Positions 27,134 through 34,760 of a DNA stretch of 64,000 nt are shown one piece after another. The notes below the pieces were generated by a model. The model was not told the DNA's origin. It did no database searches and worked only from the letters and a program-made list of their open reading frames with translations. Position 1 is the first letter of the stretch, and each line of letters begins with the position of its first letter. A program made the translations under genes and the position numbers. The DNA is taken from contig PFOR01000015.1 of the NCBI GenBank assembly GCA_002792635.1, forward strand, positions 6,744-70,743, given 5' to 3'. This stretch comes from Candidatus Pacearchaeota archaeon CG_4_10_14_0_2_um_filter_35_33 (GTDB taxonomy: Archaea; Nanobdellota; Nanobdellia; Pacearchaeales; GW2011-AR1).

Positions 27134-27339
27134 AATTTTTGACTGCTGGTTTGATGCTGATGCCTGGAGTTCTGGCTTGTGGGCCTCATGAAGAAGCTGG
27201 ACATGGTTATAGTACGATGGGTCTTGGGTTTTCTGGAGGCTTATTTGGTTTTATTATACAAATTTTAATTATTGCTACCCTTGTGTTGGGAATATCATTA
27301 TTGGTTAAGAATCTAAATATGAAAGGAGGGAAAAGATGA
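27127..27339 (+). CDS. Small membrane protein with His/Met-rich segment
   Basis: 70 aa. Signal-like N-terminus ending VLAC, then GPHEEAGHGYSTMG, then a C-terminal helix. Confidence 0.5.
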   Translation: MLKFLTAGLMLMPGVLACGPHEEAGHGYSTMGLGFSGGLFGFIIQILIIATLVLGISLLVKNLNMKGGKR

Positions 27340-27503
27340 AAGTAAAAAAGAGCACTTTGTTGTGGGTTGTGATTGCAGTTCTTTTCATAGCTGTTTTGTG
27401 GATGACATTCCAAACAGGAAATGTTGATGTTGCTTCGCAAGCCGCTGAAACTACATCAAGATCTGCATCTGCTTATGGAAGTGGCATGGTAGGGGGTTGT
27501 TAA
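27336..27503 (+). CDS. 55-aa anchored peptide ending GSGMVGGC
   Basis: Hand-found: MKVKKSTLLWVVIAVLFIAVLWMTFQTGNVDVASQAAETTSRSASAYGSGMVGGC*. ATGA overlap with the upstream gene; the next gene starts 2 nt after its stop. Confidence 0.45.
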   Translation: MKVKKSTLLWVVIAVLFIAVLWMTFQTGNVDVASQAAETTSRSASAYGSGMVGGC

Positions 27504-27504
27504 G

Positions 27505-27975
27505 ATGAAAGGATTGTTTATTTTTATTGGTATTGCTATTTTATTAGTTGGAGCGTTTTTTGTGATTGGTGGAGGGATTACAGGTAATGCGGTTGGAACT
27601 GCATCTGCACAAGTAACAATGTATAAATCACCTACATGCGGATGTTGTGTGGGGCACGGAGGATATTTAGAGAGAGTGGGATTTGATGTTAATACAATTG
27701 CAGATGATGGAACTTTGGCAAAGGTTAAAGATGAGTTTGGTATTCCTGCAAATATGAGAAGCTGTCATACAGCAGTGATTGGAGATTATTTTGTTGAAGG
27801 GCACATTCCAATTGAGGTTATTGAAAAGTTATTAGCTGAGAAACCGGATATTGACGGTATTGCGTTGCCGGGTATGCCTTCTGGAAGCCCGGGTATGCCT
27901 GGTGTGAAGAGGGGAGACTGGGTAATTTATGCAATTAAAGATGGTCAAGTGATTAGAGAGTTCGTGAGAGTATGA
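27505..27975 (+). CDS. DUF411 (CopG-like) metal-binding protein, membrane anchored
   Basis: SPTCGCC, CHTAVIGDYFVEGHIP and PGMPSGSPGMPG. Confidence 0.8.
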   Translation: MKGLFIFIGIAILLVGAFFVIGGGITGNAVGTASAQVTMYKSPTCGCCVGHGGYLERVGFDVNTIADDGTLAKVKDEFGIPANMRSCHTAVIGDYFVEGHIPIEVIEKLLAEKPDIDGIALPGMPSGSPGMPGVKRGDWVIYAIKDGQVIREFVRV

Positions 27976-28403
27976 GATATGAAAAACAAACCTACTGGAT
28001 TGTGATATTCGCTCTGGTTATTGTTTTGTTTGTTAGCTATCTACCCAATAGTCATTCAATGAATCTGAGTGACATGAGTATGGAAGAAAAAAAAGAATTT
28101 CACATTTCTTTGAAGACAGACATACAAGAAGAGTTATTGGAGCAGAGCAGGTATAGATGTTGTTTAAAAAAGCCATGTACCTATTGTATTGAAAAGACAC
28201 CAGGACATGGAGAGGGAGCAACATGTGATTGTTTGAGCGATATTGTGAATGGAAAACATCCGTGTGGTGAATGTATTGGAGAAATCTTAGAGGGTCATGG
28301 TAATCCGTATTTGAAAGAGTATTTCGCTGAAGCAATAGCTGAGGAAGTTGGCATGAATCATTTAGATGAAATACAAAAAATAATTGATGAGAAGTATGCT
28401 TAA
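27972..28403 (+). CDS. Anchored Cys/His-rich protein
   Basis: CCLKKPCTYCIEKTPGHGEGATCDCLSDIVNGKHPCGECIGEILEGHGNP. Confidence 0.6.
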   Translation: MRYEKQTYWIVIFALVIVLFVSYLPNSHSMNLSDMSMEEKKEFHISLKTDIQEELLEQSRYRCCLKKPCTYCIEKTPGHGEGATCDCLSDIVNGKHPCGECIGEILEGHGNPYLKEYFAEAIAEEVGMNHLDEIQKIIDEKYA

Positions 28404-28404
28404 A

Positions 28405-28842
28405 ATGGAAAAAGATAACTCAATATTATATGGATTGTTAGCGGGAGCAGGATTACTAGTTTTTTATCTTGCTGTAGTTTCTGCTTTTCAAGGTATGGAA
28501 TTCGCGTTTATTAATCTTAGAAGTCTTTGGTTTTTGGTATTTCCCTTGGCTATTGGATTTGGATGGCAGGTTGGACTATTTGCTTCCATAAAACACACAG
28601 CACAGATTAATGGTATTGTTGCAGGAACAGGGGCTGTTTCTGCCGGAGGGATGCTGGCTTGCTGTAGTCACTTTTTATTGAACATGCTCCCTTTTCTTGG
28701 AGCTGCTGGATTGGCAACTGTATTGATGGAATATCAAGCATGGTTTTTAGGTGTTGGTTTGCTGGCGAATGTTGCTGGGATTAGATTCATGTTAAAGCAT
28801 AAGAAGAAAATGAAAAAGATGAAAGGAGGTTGTTGTAAATGA
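28405..28842 (+). CDS. Four-helix membrane protein with intramembrane vicinal Cys pair (MLACCSH) and C-terminal GGCCK
   Basis: The ATG at 28405 follows the upstream stop directly. The listed ORF begins earlier at a TTG (28384). Confidence 0.6.
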   Translation: MEKDNSILYGLLAGAGLLVFYLAVVSAFQGMEFAFINLRSLWFLVFPLAIGFGWQVGLFASIKHTAQINGIVAGTGAVSAGGMLACCSHFLLNMLPFLGAAGLATVLMEYQAWFLGVGLLANVAGIRFMLKHKKKMKKMKGGCCK

Positions 28843-29063
28843 AGAAAGCTATTTTGTATATTTTAATTGCTATTCTGTTAATTGTAATAATTGTTATGAC
28901 CTTCTTTCCTAATATGATTTATGCTTTTCAGCATGGGGTAACTGGAAACGTTGTTGCAGAAGATGCTGGAGATAAATGTACTCATCCAGAAGGAACTTCA
29001 GTAGAAGATTGGCAGACACATATGTCGCACCACCCGAATATCTATAGGGAATGTTTGGAGTGA
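28839..29063 (+). CDS. Small anchored His/Cys-motif protein
   Basis: 74 aa. Helix, then VTGNVVAEDAGDKCTHPEG..WQTHMSHHPNIYRECLE. Confidence 0.5.
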   Translation: MKKAILYILIAILLIVIIVMTFFPNMIYAFQHGVTGNVVAEDAGDKCTHPEGTSVEDWQTHMSHHPNIYRECLE

Positions 29064-29107
29064 GAGCGCAGCGTGGCTTGAGTTGTAAATGCCCCGTAGG
29101 ACTAAAA

Positions 29108-29309
29108 TTTAGTGCAACGATGCCGAAGGGAAAACCCTAAAAAATAGTAGATTTTTGGGGCGCCAAAAACTGAAAGTTTTTTAGCGAATCAAAGTTTTTG
29201 AGAATGTCGTTTTATACGATTTTGAAATAATATTTTTTTGGGTGGGCTATGTATTAGAGAGACGCGCGCTTTTTTTGTTTCTTTTTTCTAAAAAGAAAAT
29301 GAGGAGTTC
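29108..29309 (+). repeat. 202-bp direct repeat, copy 1
   Basis: 201/202 identical to 33459..33660; the single difference is g29162 versus a33523. Looser similarity extends ~10 nt further. Contains hairpins AAAAACT-GAA-AGTTTTT and TTTCTTTTT-TCT-AAAAAGAAA. Confidence 0.95.
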
Positions 29310-29403
29310 CGTTATTTTCAAAAAATCAGGCTACCGAAGGATTTTTAAAGTTTGAAAATATATTAATATTAATAACTGTCCCGTGTGGTTCGCCACATTG
29401 GGA

Positions 29404-29670
29404 CTACTTTTTATTTAGTGCTTTTCTCAGATTAATTGAGCCATCGCAACAATTTCTCAATTGATATGAAGAGCTTTTTGGAAAAAAGGCATTGATTACT
29501 CTCTTTCCATTTTTTCTAACGAGATTTATAGCAGGAATAAAATCTGCATCAACAACACTATTCACTACTTTAGCCGAAATAATCCCCTCTAAATCAACAT
29601 GGCTTATCAAAACAATTTTATCTTTATCAGTTAAATTTTTGACAAAATCAAAAAAACCTTCTTTCGCTTC
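29404..29670 (-). pseudogene. N-terminal remnant of a DHH-family (RecJ/NrnA-like) phosphoesterase
   Basis: ..KEGFFDFVKNLTDKDKIVLISHVDLEGIISAKVV.. resembles the DHH motif I/II region. There is no in-frame ATG for the upstream part, and only ~90 aa remain. It ends near the repeat boundary. Confidence 0.4.
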
Positions 29671-29679
29671 CTATTTCAA

Positions 29680-30345
29680 TCATTCCAACTTCTCCATAAT
29701 AATGGCCTTGATATTTTTTTCCTTGCACAATGCAATAAACCTTTCAGCATCTTTTAAAGTTCCAGCAACACCCGCACCATAATGCATAGGTATCGCCAAA
29801 TCAGGACTCAAAACACTGGCGGCCTCAGCCGCTTGCTCTGCAGTCATAACATACTTCCCCGAAACAGGCAATAAAGCTACAAACTTATTACCCTGTTTCC
29901 CATGTCCTGTAAGTTTATGCATCTCAGGAATAAAATCGCTATCTCCTGCATGATAAAAAACATTATTGCCTATTTTTATAACAAAGCCTATCCAGCCCTC
30001 TTCCTTAGGATGATAATCTTTTCTTATATTGTAAGCCGGCACTGCTTCAATCCTTATTTCGTCTAAATCTAATTTATATCCTGCTTCCACAATCTGCAAA
30101 TCAATTCCTTCTATCTTTAATATTTTACTTTGAACATCCGCAGTACACACCACAACAGTCCCAGGTTCAACCAACTTTTCTATATCTTCAATACTACAAT
30201 GGTCATAATGTCCATGTGTTATTAAAATCAAATCCACTTTCCCGATATCTTTAATCTTGTAGGGGTCTATAACAATCCTCTTTCTGTTTCTTATCAAAAA
30301 TCCTGAGTGCCCCAAAAACTCTATATCTATATCTCCAATCTTCAT
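29680..30345 (-). CDS. Metallo-beta-lactamase-fold hydrolase
   Basis: 221 aa with LILITHGHYDHC (HxHxDH motif). Confidence 0.85.
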   Translation of the reverse strand: MKIGDIDIEFLGHSGFLIRNRKRIVIDPYKIKDIGKVDLILITHGHYDHCSIEDIEKLVEPGTVVVCTADVQSKILKIEGIDLQIVEAGYKLDLDEIRIEAVPAYNIRKDYHPKEEGWIGFVIKIGNNVFYHAGDSDFIPEMHKLTGHGKQGNKFVALLPVSGKYVMTAEQAAEAASVLSPDLAIPMHYGAGVAGTLKDAERFIALCKEKNIKAIIMEKLE

Positions 30346-30406
30346 ATAAGTCCATATCAGAATCGATTTTTAAACTTAATTATGCCCTTGATTTTTCAAT
30401 AAAACT

Positions 30407-31930
30407 TCAACTGGGTCTATCCTGATTAGGCCATGGAACATTACATTCCTGGAGATAGTTCGGCCTAGATTCTACAGTAGAAACCTTGCTCTTAGGATTC
30501 CGCACAACATTCAGAGTATATTCAATATGTGGCACTTGTTCATTCCACTTCAATTTCCTAGTAGCTACATCATTTATCATTTTCAATATCCCATATTCAT
30601 CACTCTGTTGGTCATTAGGGCTCACCATCTTAACAGTAAGCAGAGAATTTGTCAAACCATGAACTCTAGCCTCTTTGCTTCCAATATCTTTATACTGCCA
30701 AAGTGTATATGGATATACTTCATCAATCTTTGAAATATATTGAGAATATCTATGGATAGTTTGACATAGTTTAAGCAATTTAGCATCAAATCCTGGATCA
30801 TTTTGGTCCCCTAATCCTCCAACTAAAACCAAATCCTCTTTATTTGCAACAGGCATAATTGTAAAATCCATGCCTGGCCATCTTTCATGATAATGGTCTA
30901 TCAAATCTAGTATATCCTTACAATTTCCTCCCCCTAAATATTCTCCTCCAGAAAACTTACAAGGAATCACATTATCATAATAAGACAATCTATAATTTAC
31001 ACCCCCAATCTTATCATTTTCAACAACTAGCTCTTCCCCATTCCACCCCCTTGTAATGGGACTTCCAGATTCTGGAATTATGGTAAATTTAGCACCGGGA
31101 TGTTTGTACAAGATATCTCCAACTCTCCAAGCATTATACCAAGTTCCAAAACTTCCTGCAGAGCTTCCAGCCATTATAATTTCGGCTCTATCCAAATCAA
31201 AATCTCTCTCTTTGAGCAACTCAAAAGTCTTGTCCAGTCCAAGTTCTATATTGATACCACCATCATGAATAATACTTATGTACAATTTATCAATTATTAT
31301 TCTTCCATCTTCTTCATGAGTCACTGTTCTAACATACGGATAATTTTTTTCTATCTCTTGAAAATTAATCTTATTATTAATCAAATTCTCATAACTTTTA
31401 ACCATTCCAGTCTCTCCGGTGAAATCATATTCTATTGGCTCTGTCAATCTTCCAGAATGAAAATCTTGAGTACAATAAGGAAGAATAACCCAATTAGCAT
31501 CTTTAACAAAATCATTATTATCAGGATGGTCTAAAAAGATAAAACTATTATCTTCATTAAATTGTTTTGGAGGATTAATCAATCCTAATGTGAAGCCTAC
31601 ATTTGTTCTGAACTTACCATCTTTGTCAACCATTGTATCTCCTCCTCCCGGAAGCCAAATCACCAATCTATTATTGGGCTTCCCATTAATCTTAGCAGGT
31701 CCTGCCGAAAAACCCATTACATATTCTTCTCCATTTCCACATTTGGCTCCTGAAACAGGAACTACTTGCCAATCTTCTCTCTGTCCTTCAACTATTGGAG
31801 GATTTGCCCCATTATTATCTTTTCCTCTTTTACCTCTCTTTACTCCAATAAAAACTAAACTAATTATAAGAATAATAAGAATTAAGACAACAATAATCCC
31901 AATATAAATCTCTTTTTCTTTCTTCTTCAT
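30407..31930 (-). CDS. Secreted esterase, pectin-acetylesterase/Notum-like
   Basis: 507 aa with an N-terminal anchor. WLPGGGD, LPYCTQDFHSG and MAGSSAGSFG resemble the PAE-family GGG / YCDG.SF.G / G.SAGG motifs. Confidence 0.5.
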   Translation of the reverse strand: MKKKEKEIYIGIIVVLILIILIISLVFIGVKRGKRGKDNNGANPPIVEGQREDWQVVPVSGAKCGNGEEYVMGFSAGPAKINGKPNNRLVIWLPGGGDTMVDKDGKFRTNVGFTLGLINPPKQFNEDNSFIFLDHPDNNDFVKDANWVILPYCTQDFHSGRLTEPIEYDFTGETGMVKSYENLINNKINFQEIEKNYPYVRTVTHEEDGRIIIDKLYISIIHDGGINIELGLDKTFELLKERDFDLDRAEIIMAGSSAGSFGTWYNAWRVGDILYKHPGAKFTIIPESGSPITRGWNGEELVVENDKIGGVNYRLSYYDNVIPCKFSGGEYLGGGNCKDILDLIDHYHERWPGMDFTIMPVANKEDLVLVGGLGDQNDPGFDAKLLKLCQTIHRYSQYISKIDEVYPYTLWQYKDIGSKEARVHGLTNSLLTVKMVSPNDQQSDEYGILKMINDVATRKLKWNEQVPHIEYTLNVVRNPKSKVSTVESRPNYLQECNVPWPNQDRPS

Positions 31931-32120
31931 ACAATAATAAAATAAATTGTAGTTAAAAATCTTATGGATTATTTCTTAACTGGAAAAAAGAAAATAAATC
32001 ATACCGCCTAAACAAGCCAAGCCATCTGACCAGTCTTTCCATGAATCAATCCAGGAATGCCATAAATATCAAAAAATCCAAAAAAAAATCCTAAATGCCA
32101 ATTTTTTCTAGGTGTCTTCT

Positions 32121-32396
32121 TTACCATTCCAAACTCTTAATCTCAACATCTTCATAAACAATCACTTTCAATTCATAAAACTTAATTGTATCTTCAACTT
32201 GGTCATCAAAATACCTCAGCTGAAAATCTCCTGCATCTTCCTTTGCCTTAGGGTCATAAAGCTCTATCAGCATCTCCTTAGTGGTCTTATAATCCTCAAA
32301 AACATAATGAGCATCCACCACCAGTTCCTTTCCATTCACCTTCATTTTATCGCCTTTCACTATCTTGCCAATCGGCTTTGATGATTTTATCTTCAT
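32121..32396 (-). CDS. Hypothetical protein
   Basis: 91-aa ORF with no motif recognised. Confidence 0.45.
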   Translation of the reverse strand: MKIKSSKPIGKIVKGDKMKVNGKELVVDAHYVFEDYKTTKEMLIELYDPKAKEDAGDFQLRYFDDQVEDTIKFYELKVIVYEDVEIKSLEW

Positions 32397-32467
32397 ACTC
32401 TTCAGAGAAACAGATTATTTTTAAGCTTTGGGATTCTCCTAAAGCCATGGAAATACCAATATCTAGA

Positions 32468-32522
32468 ATCAAAAAATTCTTACGTGTTTGAACTTTTGGA
32501 TGCTCAGGTAACCTTGACATAA
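32468..32522 (-). repeat. MITE-like modular repeat, copy D (minimal; both internal modules absent)
   Basis: The reverse complement reads TTATGTCAAGGTTACCTGAGCATCCAAAAGTTCAAACACGTAAGAATTTTTTGAT. Confidence 0.7.
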
Positions 32523-32582
32523 AAAGCCATAGGAGGATATAAAAAGTCTAAATTCGAGAAATGATAGAATGTAAACACCTAA

Positions 32583-33167
32583 ATGGTAGCTAAAAAAGAA
32601 AGCTTGGAATTGATGACTGATAAAGAATTAGCCCAATTAGCCCAAAGAGTTGTTGAAGGAGATGATGAAGCATTTGATAGAATAATGCAGATTTATTCGC
32701 CATATTTTTACAAATTATGTTTAAATTTCGTACATTCTAAGGACAAAGCAGATGACATTCACCAAGAGGCTACAATAAAGATGTGGGAAAAAATGAGTCA
32801 ATACGACTCCTCGAGAACCTTCATAAAATGGGCAACTGCGATTTATAAAAACACAGCAATAGACTATCTAAGAAAAGTCAAGTCGAGAAATAATATTCAC
32901 TATGTAAACAACATAGATTTCTCAAGATATGCAACACCAGAACGAACAACCTCAATTTCAGAAGAGGAAAGGTTAGACCTGGAGAAGGGTATAACTTCAT
33001 TACCTGAAACTCCTAGAGAAGTAATAACAGTTATCTATTTTAGAGGATACTCTTTATCCGAAACTGCCAGATTATTGGGAAAACCTGGCGGTACAATAAA
33101 ATCAGCATTAAGTCGGGGTTTAAATAAATTAAGAGAGAAAAGTGAATTAGAAAAACAAATAGCTTAA
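32583..33167 (+). CDS. Bacterial-type ECF (sigma-70 family) RNA polymerase sigma factor
   Basis: Region 2: DDIHQEATIKMWEKMSQYDSSRTFIKWATAIYKNTAIDYLRK. Region 4: LPETPREVITVIYFRGYSLSETARLLGKPGGTIKSALSRGLNKLRE. Confidence 0.85.
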   Translation: MVAKKESLELMTDKELAQLAQRVVEGDDEAFDRIMQIYSPYFYKLCLNFVHSKDKADDIHQEATIKMWEKMSQYDSSRTFIKWATAIYKNTAIDYLRKVKSRNNIHYVNNIDFSRYATPERTTSISEEERLDLEKGITSLPETPREVITVIYFRGYSLSETARLLGKPGGTIKSALSRGLNKLREKSELEKQIA

Positions 33168-33169
33168 AT

Positions 33170-33352
33170 TCAGTTCTTCACAAAACTTTCTACAACTAAA
33201 ATAGGAAACAAGAGAGTAGCATCCCCAAAAACTTTAACACTCTTAGCCTCTTTTTTGATTTTTCCCCAACATCTATAATCCACCTCTTCTGATGATTCTG
33301 GACAATGATAAGGCAAATCTCTAATCTTGTTAAAAACTTGAATGGTATCCAT
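33170..33352 (-). CDS. Small hypothetical ORF (possibly a gene fragment)
   Basis: 60-aa ORF with no motif recognised. Confidence 0.3.
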   Translation of the reverse strand: MDTIQVFNKIRDLPYHCPESSEEVDYRCWGKIKKEAKSVKVFGDATLLFPILVVESFVKN

Positions 33353-33458
33353 ATTTTTTTGATAAACATTAAAATATTAAAAGGTTTTCCATTAGGGTTC
33401 TCAACTTTATTTTATTTAAACCCGGTTAGTTTCGTCCGAATACTTGCAGGGATTACAT

Positions 33459-33660
33459 TTTAGTGCAACGATGCCGAAGGGAAAACCCTAAAAAATAGTA
33501 GATTTTTGGGGCACCAAAAACTGAAAGTTTTTTAGCGAATCAAAGTTTTTGAGAATGTCGTTTTATACGATTTTGAAATAATATTTTTTTGGGTGGGCTA
33601 TGTATTAGAGAGACGCGCGCTTTTTTTGTTTCTTTTTTCTAAAAAGAAAATGAGGAGTTC
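33459..33660 (+). repeat. 202-bp direct repeat, copy 2
   Basis: See copy 1 (29108..29309). Confidence 0.95.
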
Positions 33661-33688
33661 TTATTTTGCTTCTTTTTCTAAAAGAAGA

Positions 33689-33961
33689 TTATTCCTCTTC
33701 TTCAGAAGTGCTTAACATATTTTTTAAGAAATTTCCAAAATTTCCAGTTCTTTGGTTTTTTGCTTTTTCCAAAGAACCAACAGATTTTACTCTAATATAA
33801 TCCTTAACATAAGCCAAAACTCCATAAACAAATTCTTTTGGAGATTCGGAAGTATAAAGTGGCTCAACTTTAAAAGAATCATCAACAAGCCCTTCTCTCT
33901 TTGCTTCTCTTTCAAATAATTTAAATTTCCAATATTGCGTTGGATTTGTTGCGATTTTCAT
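33689..33961 (-). CDS. Hypothetical protein
   Basis: 90-aa ORF. Confidence 0.45.
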   Translation of the reverse strand: MKIATNPTQYWKFKLFEREAKREGLVDDSFKVEPLYTSESPKEFVYGVLAYVKDYIRVKSVGSLEKAKNQRTGNFGNFLKNMLSTSEEEE

Positions 33962-33965
33962 ATGA

Positions 33966-34442
33966 TTAACTTTTTTTTCTTTTCAACTTTTTTATCGAAT
34001 ATAAAAAATTCTCTAAAGTATCTCTCGATTTTCCTTCAATAATAAAATCAGATGGTTTTAATCCATAGTGTTCTCTTAATTCTTTGTAAATTGAATATTG
34101 CTGTGATTCCTTTTCTGGTCGCCCTCTTTCATCTCTTTGAATTTCCCCACTAACAAGAACATAAGGTTTTGGTTCTTTTGTATGGGAGTGGCTTCTCATA
34201 ACGGTTCCAACTCTTTTTTGGTCTGCTTCTAAAGTTCCTGTTGGAATAACTAAAGATTCAAGAGATTTATTTACAACAAATAAAATAAGAGAAGCCATAA
34301 AGAAAGTTAAGCTAAAAACAAAAAATAAAATATTCTTGATTTCTATATTAGTTCCGATAACTGCTCCTGTAAAAATTATATCAACAGATAAAAATAGAAA
34401 AACAAATCCTACAAGTAATAAAACTAAAGACAACTTCTTCAT
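33966..34442 (-). CDS. Membrane-anchored DUF218/YdcF-like protein
   Basis: ..YVLVSGEIQ..KPSDFIIEGKSRDTLENFLYS.. resembles the DUF218 ..SG...S.NT.EN pattern. Start taken at MKKLSLVLLL (the listed ORF extends to 34520). Confidence 0.5.
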   Translation of the reverse strand: MKKLSLVLLLVGFVFLFLSVDIIFTGAVIGTNIEIKNILFFVFSLTFFMASLILFVVNKSLESLVIPTGTLEADQKRVGTVMRSHSHTKEPKPYVLVSGEIQRDERGRPEKESQQYSIYKELREHYGLKPSDFIIEGKSRDTLENFLYSIKKLKRKKS

Positions 34443-34502
34443 AATATTTTTATGAAAAGAGGATATAAAAAGATATTTAAAACAAAAAGAGATTGTGTTT
34501 TT

Positions 34503-34760
34503 ATGAAAAAGAGATTTCAAAGAAAAATATTATCAACTTTTGCATTTTCTGTAGTTGCATCAGTTTTAATGATTGTTCACGGAATTTTTTTAGATTTAGA
34601 TTTTGCTCAAATAAAAAGATTAAGTTTAGAAGGTTTTGCATTTACTTTTGTATTGGTCTTTATTGGTTTGCTTATTCTTGAAAAAATATTCAATCTTGAG
34701 GAAGACGAAGAAATTATTAAAATAAAAAAAAGATTGAATAAGATAGAAAAGAAAAAATAA
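34503..34760 (+). CDS. Small membrane protein
   Basis: Two helices and a K/E-rich tail. Start taken at MKKRFQRKIL (the listed ORF begins at 34452). Confidence 0.4.
   Translation: MKKRFQRKILSTFAFSVVASVLMIVHGIFLDLDFAQIKRLSLEGFAFTFVLVFIGLLILEKIFNLEEDEEIIKIKKRLNKIEKKK

Noticed and set aside
29377-29404. Hairpin GTCCCGTGTGG-TTCG-CCACATTGGGAC as a functional terminator or RNA element
   Set aside because: It is a single imperfect stem with an internal loop at the end of a gene remnant. Archaeal termination relies mainly on oligo-T tracts. There is not enough evidence to call it a feature.
29108-33660. Could the 202-bp repeats be a CRISPR array or a DGR template/variable repeat pair?
   Set aside because: There are only two full copies, each far longer than CRISPR repeats, and they are separated by 4.1 kb of genes. 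The single mismatch is G/A with no adenine-specific mutagenesis pattern. No reverse transcriptase (YxDD) or cas gene is visible in the window.
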